In this document: positions 8,744 to 16,670 of the stretch, one piece after another
How positions within the stretch are numbered: the first letter of the stretch is position 1
Layout of the letters: each line of letters begins with the position of its first letter
From: Pseudomonadota bacterium
GTDB lineage: Bacteria; Pseudomonadota; Gammaproteobacteria; Pseudomonadales; Azotimanducaceae
Length of the DNA: 24,000 nucleotides
Assembly (NCBI GenBank): GCA_039028095.1
Contig: JBCCIU010000008.1
Location: 32,246 to 56,245, forward strand
Direction of reading: 5' to 3'
The notes under the pieces: model-generated
The model's input: the letters and a program-made list of their open reading frames with translations, nothing else
Database searches by the model: none
What the model was told of the DNA's origin: nothing
Program-made: the position numbers and the translations under genes

Positions 8744-8787
8744 GAAGTCTCTCGCTCACCATCCCTGAAAAATAAGGGGTTGCTTTT

Positions 8788-9546
8788 CTAGGGGAGAAAA
8801 AGTCCGAGCAACATTGCACGTGCGACTGCTTGTGTACGATTGGTTGCCCCGAGTTTTTTTGTCGCGAGCGCCACATATTCATTGACGGTACTCGTTGCCA
8901 AACTCAGTTGGTCGCCGATCTGTTTACTCGATCTACCAGCACTGAGCCAAGCCAAGCACTCAAGTTCCCGAGGCGAAAGAAGATCACCATCAGAATGATT
9001 TTGTAACTGTCGAACTTGCAGACCCTCTGTGAGGTAGGCAAGCGTTCGATTGATGTGGCGTCGATGTCCTTCCCAAACATGCATCTGATCTTTGGAGCTG
9101 CACAATAGCAAAGCGCTGAAAGACTTAGACTCACGGTGCACTACGGCCGTGGAAAGTCCAAGATTCAACCCAAAGTCGGATGCAAGCTCCAAGCCGTAAC
9201 GAGCATCCTTAGGAATATCGTCAGAACTTGTAAGCAGTTCACTTGGCGCGACAGCCGTGTCAAGACCAACCGAAGAGGCTTGGGCTACTGTAAAACCACT
9301 GTGGATTTCTCGATCTCCCTCTTCCGATCGACAGAAGTCTTGCCACTCCTTGCATAAGATCACGCCGTAAGTCTGTTCATCTGTAGGAAAGGACAACTGA
9401 AACTGGGGAATCTCGTGCAGAAGCGCAGCCGAACCGAAGCCAAGATCAGAAAGGTATGCATTAAAATCTGCCCAGACCAGGTCTGGTTCGCGCCGAACGC
9501 CTTCATAAGCCCATCGTCTAGGATCCTCCTGGAGCGCTTCAAACAC
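8788..9546 (-). CDS. LuxR-family regulator, autoinducer-binding-like N-domain + GerE HTH (LuxR solo, paralogue A)
   Basis: The C-terminus is LSPRELECLAWLSAGRSSKQIGDQLSLATSTVNEYVALATKKLGATNRTQAVARAMLLGL. The N-domain has the layout of PF03472-type proteins (..DFGLNLGLSTAVVHRESKSFSALLL..). The GTG start at 9546 overlaps the stop of paralogue B by 8 nt (GTGTTTGA). Confidence 0.75.
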   Translation of the reverse strand: MFEALQEDPRRWAYEGVRREPDLVWADFNAYLSDLGFGSAALLHEIPQFQLSFPTDEQTYGVILCKEWQDFCRSEEGDREIHSGFTVAQASSVGLDTAVAPSELLTSSDDIPKDARYGLELASDFGLNLGLSTAVVHRESKSFSALLLCSSKDQMHVWEGHRRHINRTLAYLTEGLQVRQLQNHSDGDLLSPRELECLAWLSAGRSSKQIGDQLSLATSTVNEYVALATKKLGATNRTQAVARAMLLGLFLP

Positions 9547-10294
9547 TGTTCAACCCCAACAGCACGCTCCGCGCTGCAGCTTGAACCCGATTGTTTGCGC
9601 TTAACTTTCGCGTCGCACTTGCCAAATACTCATTAACCGTGGCTTCAGCCAAGTTAAGCGATGTTGCAATTTCCTTAGTAGATTTTCCAGCAGCCACCCA
9701 GGCTAAACAATCCAACTCCCGTTGACTCAGCGTTGGTTTACCATCTTCGGAAAGAAGACCCAGAACGCCAAGGCCTTCACAAAAGTAGACAAAACTCTGT
9801 CGAACCCAACTGCTGTTGACCTTTACCAAATCACCAAAAGCCGAATGTTCCAATTCGGAGTCTATCAACAGCGCCGAGTATTTCCTGCTCTGGCGATTGA
9901 CTAAGGGGAGCGTCCAACCGGTTTGCATACCATGGTTCCGCATCGCTTCCACCATGCCGATTTGTCGCACATCAAGCTCCTCGTTGGTCAAAATAGACTC
10001 TGTATCGAGATAGCATTCTCGGCCATAGCTACTCGCCTCGGCGACGCGAAAGCTTGTCTCACAGGTTTCTGACCCAACGGGACTTCGGCAAAAGTCTTCG
10101 AAGTTCTCCGAAATCATGTTTCCGTAAAGAAATTCCGAACCCGGAAAATCGAAGTTAAAGAGCTCCCACTCATAGAGAAAACAGAATGAGTCAAACCCTT
10201 TTTGATTTAGCGCAAAACTAAAATCAGCCCAAGCATGACCAACAGTTGCGCTTTGCGCAGCTCTTACGCCCCATTCCATGGGTAAAGTGTCCAT
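9539..10294 (-). CDS. LuxR-family regulator, autoinducer-binding-like N-domain + GerE HTH (LuxR solo, paralogue B)
   Basis: The C-terminus is LSQRELDCLAWVAAGKSTKEIATSLNLAEATVNEYLASATRKLSANNRVQAAARSVLLGL. It shares EDFCRS, SALL and the TVNEY..A.AT.KL.A.NR.QA.AR..LLGL pattern with paralogue A. Confidence 0.75.
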   Translation of the reverse strand: MDTLPMEWGVRAAQSATVGHAWADFSFALNQKGFDSFCFLYEWELFNFDFPGSEFLYGNMISENFEDFCRSPVGSETCETSFRVAEASSYGRECYLDTESILTNEELDVRQIGMVEAMRNHGMQTGWTLPLVNRQSRKYSALLIDSELEHSAFGDLVKVNSSWVRQSFVYFCEGLGVLGLLSEDGKPTLSQRELDCLAWVAAGKSTKEIATSLNLAEATVNEYLASATRKLSANNRVQAAARSVLLGLNSV

Positions 10295-10484
10295 TTGATA
10301 CTCTTAGAATCCAAAGTCCGCCAAAGAATAGAACCCTGGAATGTAACTTGGCGTGGTAAAGAGCGTGTGAACTAGTGTTTGCGCAACAGTCACTATTTTT
10401 AGCCCAGGTCGACTGCCCGCCACCTTTAATTCCAGTTCGACCTTCAGCTGGCTTGTGCCTCCTATCTTTTATGAATACCATTAT

Positions 10485-10500
10485 GTTAATACCTATTAAC
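10485..10500. promoter_or_regulatory. Perfect inverted repeat GTTAATA-cc-TATTAAC, candidate TetR operator
   Basis: 7-bp perfect arms with a 2-bp spacer, ending 14 bp before the TetR ATG (10514), in an AT-rich stretch. TetR regulators typically autoregulate through such palindromes overlapping their own promoter. Confidence 0.45.
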
Positions 10501-10513
10501 TAATAACACGCTT

Positions 10514-11173
10514 ATGTCGGCAGAACCCAATAAACTAGGTCGCCCACAGCTGGTTGATCGGGCCAAAATTCTGGAAGCCGCCATCGCCATTGGCTTAGAT
10601 AATCTTTCAATGCACAAAGTGGCGAGATATCTGAACGTTTCGGCGACCAGCCTGTACCGCTACGTAGATTCCAAAGATGCACTCATGCAGGCCTGTATGG
10701 ATGAGTTTTGTTCCCGAATCTCGCAGCCAAACCAAGATCTCAGGTGGGATGAGTATTTAAGCGCGTTGAGCGACAGTTTTAATGAGGCTTTGATGGCCAC
10801 GCCAGGTGCACATGCCTATGGCACGCAGTTAGGTCCGACCACAGCAGCGGCCTATGCGATTATCGATGGAGCCCTGAGCCATCTACTGTCCGCCGGATTT
10901 TCACATCGCCTGGCGTTAACCGCCTATAACTTGATCGTTGATCACGCGTTTGTGCTTGCCGCGAAAAGAGAACGCACGCTGGAAGTTGCGGATAGCCAAG
11001 ATCAGCAGGGCTATCAAATTCTTCGAGAAACTGAACATGCATTAGCACCCTACCCCGCGTTAACGGCAACGCTTGCTGCGGTATTGCCACCAGACTTCAA
11101 CGACACCACGGCTGTAGACACGATCATCGAAGGGATTCGGGTAAAACTTGGCGAAGAACAGGCCCTAGGATGA
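10514..11173 (+). CDS. TetR-family transcriptional regulator
   Basis: N-terminal HTH ILEAAIAIGLDNLSMHKVARYLNVSATSLYRYVDSKDALM, followed by a helical C-terminal ligand domain. Confidence 0.85.
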   Translation: MSAEPNKLGRPQLVDRAKILEAAIAIGLDNLSMHKVARYLNVSATSLYRYVDSKDALMQACMDEFCSRISQPNQDLRWDEYLSALSDSFNEALMATPGAHAYGTQLGPTTAAAYAIIDGALSHLLSAGFSHRLALTAYNLIVDHAFVLAAKRERTLEVADSQDQQGYQILRETEHALAPYPALTATLAAVLPPDFNDTTAVDTIIEGIRVKLGEEQALG

Positions 11174-11235
11174 GTTGCTCGACCTAATTTGTTCTTTGCT
11201 TCGACGGTGAATAGGTCACTACATCAGGAGAAATT

Positions 11236-11892
11236 ATGTCACTAAAAATTATCGGTGCAGGATTTGGTCGCACAGGGACCCTAAGCTTGAAACACGCCTT
11301 GGAAGAACTGGGTTTTGGTCCCTGCTACCACATGGCAGAAATTCCCAACCACCCGGAACATATTCCCGAATGGCGCAAGGCAACACGCGGGGAACCCATC
11401 GATTGGGTAGCGCTGTTCCAGGACTATCAGGCCACGGTCGACTGGCCAGGATGCACCTTCTGGAGAGAAATTCTCGAAGTGAATCCGGATGCCAAAGTTC
11501 TGCTGTCTTTACGCGATCCACACGATTGGCATCGCAGCGTGATGAACACCATCTATCACGCTATGACGTCGCGTATACCAAAGGGATCGCCCCAGTTTTT
11601 GCAGGACTACCAGAGCTTTAGTCGCGAGTTGTGCATTGATCGCGATTTTTCCGGCAGGCTGGATGATGAAGTCTTTGCAATCGAAGTCTTCAAGCAACAC
11701 ACCGAATCTGTACGCGCCGAGGTCCCTGCGGAACAATTGATCGAGTACGAAGTAGGCTCAGGTTGGGAACCACTGTGCGAGGCCCTGCAAGTGGACATAC
11801 CGGATACGCCTTATCCCAGGATGAACAGCAGCGTGGAGTATCAGGAAAAGATGGACGCGCTGAGATCTGCAAGAAAGCGTGAAGGTGACTGA
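11236..11892 (+). CDS. Sulfotransferase-family protein (Sulfotransfer_4/PF17784-like)
   Basis: N-terminal KIIGAGFGRTGTLSLKHALEELGFGPCYHMAE matches the P-loop-like PAPS-binding start of this family. The size of about 218 aa is typical. An AGGAG lies 6 nt before the ATG. Confidence 0.7.
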   Translation: MSLKIIGAGFGRTGTLSLKHALEELGFGPCYHMAEIPNHPEHIPEWRKATRGEPIDWVALFQDYQATVDWPGCTFWREILEVNPDAKVLLSLRDPHDWHRSVMNTIYHAMTSRIPKGSPQFLQDYQSFSRELCIDRDFSGRLDDEVFAIEVFKQHTESVRAEVPAEQLIEYEVGSGWEPLCEALQVDIPDTPYPRMNSSVEYQEKMDALRSARKREGD

Positions 11893-11951
11893 TACGGACT
11901 CACGAGCTCAAACCAATCCAACAAAAGCGGGCTGCACTGTTGGCACAACAA

Positions 11952-13670
11952 TCACTGATGAAATTCGCGAAAGAATCGTTTTTCCCCTTCAACACCACCG
12001 ATCAGAATAATCTCGCCCCCCTCGGGAATCACAGTTTCTGGCGATGGATCCGTTAACGTTTCACCGCCCTGATCAATACCGACAACGGTACACTCGGTGC
12101 GCTCGCGGATCCGAGCGTCCTGCAGTTTGAGGCCTGCCAGCGCTGCGGGCACAGGGACCTTGAGGACATCCAACCCTTCCGCAACCATCAGCAAATCGCT
12201 TCGCTTGAGTAGGTTAAACAACGAGTTCGCTCCCATCGAAGCATAGGACACAACAGTGTCAGCACCCGCCCGGTGCAAGGCCGAAACAGATCGTTCTAGC
12301 GATGCTCGGGTAATAATCTGTAGGTCCGGTCTTAGCAAGCGCGCAAAAATTGCGAGATAAACGTTAAGCTCATCATCACGTGTTGTGATGACCATCGACT
12401 GGGCAGACTCAATGCCAGCTTCGAGAAGAACTTTCTTATCCGCCGCCGACCCGCGAACATACGCTTCCTGATCTGCCCGGGGCTGAGTAGATATTCTTTC
12501 CGGTAATTCCTCGACAATTGTGTAACGGACATTTCGGTTCTTGAGCACCGCGGCAGTCGCGCGACCCACTCGCCCGCCGCCAACGATGATGACAGCACCC
12601 GTTTCGTGCTCTACATGATTTGCCACTCTATATTCAGTTTCAAATTCTCTCAGTTGTGCAGGCGTACCCGCCAGGACCAGTAACATGTTTGGTTCAACAA
12701 CCGTTGTTTCATCACCGGCAAAAAACTGACCACGTTTCCAAGCACCTACCACACTAACGTTCGTCATTTCTTGCGCGTAACCAAGGGTTTTGTCTACCAG
12801 GGATGTCCGCGCGGCATCGACCTCTGCAATCAAAATGTCATCCATTCTGCCAATGATCTGACTTAATCCGCGTCCACTTAGCGTTCGTCTCGCAAGTGTG
12901 TTGCCCATAAGCTCTGCAAGATTTAGGGCGCGTGTGCATCCTGCCAGATTCAATACGTCAATCGCCTCAGTTTCTCTTGCTGTGGCGAACACCGGCACCG
13001 ACTCCGCGATGCCTCTGACGGTAAAAACGACAGTTGTGTTTTCGATATCAGAACGCGTCGTCGCAACCATCGCCGCCTGCTCGACTCTGGCCTTTCGATA
13101 GGACTCGGGGTCATCTAAGTCGCCGCATATCGAACGAATGCCCGAGTCTCGAAGCTCGAGTACGTCCTGCGGTTCGGGTAACAAGACCACATATGGATAA
13201 TCAAACTGTCTAAGCTTATCTATCAATGCACGCGCAATGGGACCATAGAAGGTGAGGATCACATGATCCGAAATTTCGCCAGGCAGTTCGTAGAGCACGC
13301 TTCCCCTACGCCGCGCCTCCACCCACGGTTCATAGACAAAACGGATGAACACAAACGGCAGCAAGACCAGCATGAACACGATGCCGGATAACAAAACAAC
13401 AATCGAGAATGCCTTACCGAGATCGCTCTCAAAAACGATGTCACCAAAACCTAACGTCGACATTGTTGTGAGCGTCCAATACAGGCCGGTGAGCAAAGAG
13501 TACTCACGCCCCTCAAATCCCATAAGAAGATGAAAAAGCGAAGAGTAGAGGATCACGAGAACGGCCAGGGATGCGAAGAAGCTCGATAGTGCGATCATTT
13601 GGGCCTTCAGCTTCGGACCCATATTTCTCAAACGAGAAAATTGATTATTGGATTTTTTTGCGTTGCTCAT
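11952..13670 (-). CDS. Potassium channel protein with two cytoplasmic RCK (TrkA-N/TrkA-C) domains
   Basis: Selectivity filter TTMSTLGFGDIVF lies between TM helices. The second RCK has a canonical Rossmann motif VIIVGGGRVGRATAAVL, while the first RCK has a degenerate motif (VILTFYGPIARALIDKL). Confidence 0.85.
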   Translation of the reverse strand: MSNAKKSNNQFSRLRNMGPKLKAQMIALSSFFASLAVLVILYSSLFHLLMGFEGREYSLLTGLYWTLTTMSTLGFGDIVFESDLGKAFSIVVLLSGIVFMLVLLPFVFIRFVYEPWVEARRRGSVLYELPGEISDHVILTFYGPIARALIDKLRQFDYPYVVLLPEPQDVLELRDSGIRSICGDLDDPESYRKARVEQAAMVATTRSDIENTTVVFTVRGIAESVPVFATARETEAIDVLNLAGCTRALNLAELMGNTLARRTLSGRGLSQIIGRMDDILIAEVDAARTSLVDKTLGYAQEMTNVSVVGAWKRGQFFAGDETTVVEPNMLLVLAGTPAQLREFETEYRVANHVEHETGAVIIVGGGRVGRATAAVLKNRNVRYTIVEELPERISTQPRADQEAYVRGSAADKKVLLEAGIESAQSMVITTRDDELNVYLAIFARLLRPDLQIITRASLERSVSALHRAGADTVVSYASMGANSLFNLLKRSDLLMVAEGLDVLKVPVPAALAGLKLQDARIRERTECTVVGIDQGGETLTDPSPETVIPEGGEIILIGGVEGEKRFFREFHQ

Positions 13671-13968
13671 TAATTTTTACGATCAGCGTCAACAGTAAGT
13701 GGACACCGTTTCCAAGAACGAATCAGACAAGTCTACGTTGTTCATTTCCGTCTGACGACGCCTTCTTGGGTTGTGGTAGCGTTCATTGAAGGAGAACGCA
13801 TCAGGAGATCTAAGGGCAGTGCCCACTGAGAACATCTCTAATCGAGCGAGCCCACGTTTTTACCGCGAACCAACGCAGGTTTCGCGGCGACGGAGCCGAC
13901 ACCGACGTGGAGGCCCGCAGGACGAAGTCTTATTGAGCAAATCACATCCGCAGGAGTTCAAGGCGGAT

Positions 13969-14799
13969 CTATTGCGTAAGGGAGGCTAAAACGCGATCCA
14001 CTTTTTCGACGTCAGCCCAGGATGACTTGAAGACGATGTAGCCGTCCTCATCGATCACGTAGGCGGGATTGGGAAGTGGGTCGTAATTACGAAGGACGGT
14101 CTTCTCAAAAGTATCAACTGCGACGGTAATTGGCGTGGATTCGGCAAATTGCTGGGCGTAACCAAACTTCTCTTCAAAGGTTTTGGGGTGTACAAATTCT
14201 GGATACCCAGCCTCTCCAGGATGCTGTTCGATGGAGTACACCAACAGTAGTTCCGCCATATCCGCATATTTTTCATGCAGTAATCGCCAGGCGTCTCGTT
14301 GCATGACGGCCGGGGGGCAAGTAATCGCCACAAACATAAAAGCTACCGGCTTGCCTCTATAGTCCGACAGGCGCACTGTTTTCCCTTCGGTTGTTGTCAA
14401 TTCGAAATCAAACGCTTGCGTACCAATACGCGCCACACTCTGAAAGTTACCTTCAAAATTTCGGTAATACTCATCCAGCCTGTCATTACCCACTTCATAA
14501 GTTGCTTCTTCGTCAGAAAAAAAGCGTGAAAGATCTTTCAAAACCATGAACAGCGTGTACTCAATATCAACCTTGCTCAAGATCGAAAACGTCTGACCCA
14601 GACTATAGTGGGACGGGTGGATTGTTTGATAAGCGTCAAAGACCACCAAACCATCCTGCGCCTTTGGCGTGCTATCCCACTTCGGCTCCCACCACCAATT
14701 GACTAACTGCGGTAATCCAAGCAAAAACAAGCCAACCAGGGCGACACTGACCCAGCCCTTGTGCAATCGCATGAACTTCATTGCGGCGTTTGTTCTCAC
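13969..14799 (-). CDS. Iodothyronine-deiodinase-like thioredoxin-fold protein, Cys-type, N-terminal membrane anchor
   Basis: PVAFMFVAITCPPAVMQRDAWRLLHEKYADMAELLLVYSIEQHPGEAGY parallels the vertebrate deiodinase core (..NFGSATUPPF...ADFLLVYIDEAHPSDGW). Cys (TGC, 14317..14319) occupies the place of Sec. TM helix WVSVALVGLFLLGLPQLV. The exact start is uncertain (GTG 14799, ATG 14781 or 14772). Confidence 0.65.
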   Translation of the reverse strand: MRTNAAMKFMRLHKGWVSVALVGLFLLGLPQLVNWWWEPKWDSTPKAQDGLVVFDAYQTIHPSHYSLGQTFSILSKVDIEYTLFMVLKDLSRFFSDEEATYEVGNDRLDEYYRNFEGNFQSVARIGTQAFDFELTTTEGKTVRLSDYRGKPVAFMFVAITCPPAVMQRDAWRLLHEKYADMAELLLVYSIEQHPGEAGYPEFVHPKTFEEKFGYAQQFAESTPITVAVDTFEKTVLRNYDPLPNPAYVIDEDGYIVFKSSWADVEKVDRVLASLTQ

Positions 14800-14982
14800 T
14801 AATCTGCCAGCTCAAAATTCTTATCATCCTTCAGTGGAAGTTAAGGGTGGATTAAGACTATTCACTAAAACGATGCAGCAGAAAATTGTGATCTAGGTGA
14901 CTGGCCATATAATTTTGAAATAGCAATTGCGCTATGGAAACGGCAATATGCGCGGCTCGCAGATCAACCTGGTGTTGATCAT

Positions 14983-15546
14983 TTGGCGGTGAAAATGAGC
15001 GCCCACGATTCAACTAAAACAATAAAAGCACAGCACGCACCTAAACGAGCAGCACTCGCTGACCTCTACGCCAACCACGCGCCCGTTGTTTCAGCATCGA
15101 TCCGACGGCGTTTTGGGGATGGACCACCCGATCCCGACGACATCACTCAGCTGGCTTTTCAGAAGCTGCTTGAGCGCAATCGACCAGACGAAATTTTAAA
15201 CCCGCAGGCATTCTTACTCAGCACGGCCAAAAACCTTGTGCTGACGGAAAAGAGAAACCAGGGCGTACGGACGCGATATGAACCTGATGTGGAGGAAAAA
15301 TTCTTCACCGATAGGGGTGACAGTCTGGACCCGCAAAGAGTCGTTATTGCAAAGGAACAGTTGCGCTTGATCAACCAAGCGCTGGATCAGATGCCTAGAA
15401 AACGTCGTCGTGCTTTTTTGCTTCACCGGGTGGAAGGTTTAACCGTGTCTGAAGTCGGCCGGCGCCTGGACATCAGTCGCTCGGCTGCGCAAAAACACTT
15501 GGTGAAGGCGTTTGCACAAATCGACACACTACTCACGGATAGCTAA
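14983..15546 (+). CDS. ECF sigma-70 family factor, FecI-like (module 1)
   Basis: Region 2 is DPDDITQLAFQKLLER..AFLLSTAKNLVLTEKR. Region 4 is MPRKRRRAFLLHRVEGLTVSEVGRRLDISRSAAQKHLVKA. The track start is TTG at 14983; ATG at 14995 (MSAHDS..) is more likely. Confidence 0.85.
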   Translation: MAVKMSAHDSTKTIKAQHAPKRAALADLYANHAPVVSASIRRRFGDGPPDPDDITQLAFQKLLERNRPDEILNPQAFLLSTAKNLVLTEKRNQGVRTRYEPDVEEKFFTDRGDSLDPQRVVIAKEQLRLINQALDQMPRKRRRAFLLHRVEGLTVSEVGRRLDISRSAAQKHLVKAFAQIDTLLTDS

Positions 15547-15559
15547 ATAGCAGGCCAAG

Positions 15560-16633
15560 ATGATGACTAAGGCAACTCAGCAAAAAGTCAGCATTCTGGA
15601 AGCGGCCTACGAATGGCAAATACGATTGGCAGACCCAGAGATTGACGATCGGGCTGTTGAAGCGTTCAACTATTGGCTGGCAAGCAGTCCAAGCCACAGA
15701 GATGCTTTCGAACGCGCGGGTGGCGTGGTGAGCGCCTTGGGTGAACTGAAACCGGGGGATATTGACCAAAGACACATCAAGGAGACCCTGACCGAGCGCC
15801 GTGTCAGATGGTTAGATCAGATCTCTAACTTAATTGATAAGGTTCGCTCGAAATGGGTAGGTCTTGGTGCTGCTCTGTCTGGCACAGCAGTCGCCGCGAT
15901 CGTGATCGTCATGTTTTTACCTTCAACGACACCAGAACCTGGCGCTACGATTGTTTCACAGCATGCCTCTGGGTTGGGCGAAACCACTAGCGTCAAGCTC
16001 AGCGATGGGACGACTATGGATTTAGGTGCTCGCACAGCAGTAACCGTCCACATGCAGCCCAATAAACGAGAAGTACAGCTGGATTCGGGCGCAGCGATGT
16101 TTAACGTACGCTCCGACCCCGACCGACCATTTTTGGTAACCACTGGGGATGTTGTTGTTAAGGTTGTGGGCACTACGTTTGATGTCCGCATGAATGGCGG
16201 TGTTGCTCGCGTCTCCGTGGCGGAGGGTAACGTAGAAGTTCGAAATCCAATCGTCATAGCCGGTCGCCAAACCGGCGGATTTTACCGAACTGCTCTGAAA
16301 GAGGGGCAAGAAGTTCACGTGACAAATGATCAGGTCAGCGACGTGCTTGAAATAGACCCCAACAGCGTAGGTACGTGGCGCACTTCTCGCCTGGAATATC
16401 GTAGAGCACCCCTATCCGAAGTGGTGGCCGACGCAAATCGGTATTCGGCACAAACCATTTTAGTTACGGATCCCAAAGGAGAGCTGGCAGGTGTGACGGT
16501 CTCGGCCTCCTTCGATGGTCAACGCGTTGAAAGAATGCTGCAGATGCTGCCAAAGATACTTCCGGTCATCGTGGACACATCAGACCAGCAGAACATCCTC
16601 ATCAAACCGCTTCCCGAAAAGGCTGGCGAATAA
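15560..16633 (+). CDS. FecR-family anti-sigma factor / sigma regulator (module 1)
   Basis: N-terminal anti-sigma helix region AAYEWQIRLADPEIDD..FNYWLASSPSHRDAFER. Single TM WVGLGAALSGTAVAAIVIVMFL. Periplasmic FecR domain LSDGTTMDLGARTAVTV..GAAMFNVRSDPDRPFLVTTGDVVVKVVGTTFDV. Confidence 0.85.
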   Translation: MMTKATQQKVSILEAAYEWQIRLADPEIDDRAVEAFNYWLASSPSHRDAFERAGGVVSALGELKPGDIDQRHIKETLTERRVRWLDQISNLIDKVRSKWVGLGAALSGTAVAAIVIVMFLPSTTPEPGATIVSQHASGLGETTSVKLSDGTTMDLGARTAVTVHMQPNKREVQLDSGAAMFNVRSDPDRPFLVTTGDVVVKVVGTTFDVRMNGGVARVSVAEGNVEVRNPIVIAGRQTGGFYRTALKEGQEVHVTNDQVSDVLEIDPNSVGTWRTSRLEYRRAPLSEVVADANRYSAQTILVTDPKGELAGVTVSASFDGQRVERMLQMLPKILPVIVDTSDQQNILIKPLPEKAGE

Positions 16634-16670
16634 TCCAACACCCGGCCATCTTTCCCCTAACTTCACCCCG

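Noticed and set aside
10406-10443. Inverted repeat AGGTCGA ... TCGACCT (24-nt spacer) in the LuxR-B/TetR divergent spacer, considered as a lux-box-like site
   Set aside because: The arms are short and the spacer long, unlike 18-22 bp lux boxes. This could easily be chance in a 220-bp region.
13863-13887. Hairpin CCGCGAA-N11-TTCGCGG downstream of the deiodinase-like gene
   Set aside because: The T-run lies on the wrong side for a minus-strand terminator (the transcript would read hairpin then AAAAA). There is no other support. I also looked for riboswitch-like structure in 13671..13968 and recognised none.
13786-13989. 67-aa basic ORF in the spacer upstream of the K+ channel gene
   Set aside because: It is Arg-rich and low-complexity, has no SD, and overlaps the stop region of the neighbouring gene on the other strand. 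It is probably spurious.
14900-14994. Possible Fur boxes upstream of sigma 1 (ATAATTTTGAAATAGCAAT and TGTTGATCATTTGG) and upstream of sigma 2 (around 23495..23520)
   Set aside because: By-eye matches to GATAATGATAATCATTATC are at most about half the positions, which is no better than expected in AT-richer spacers. A PWM scan would be needed, so I do not call these sites.
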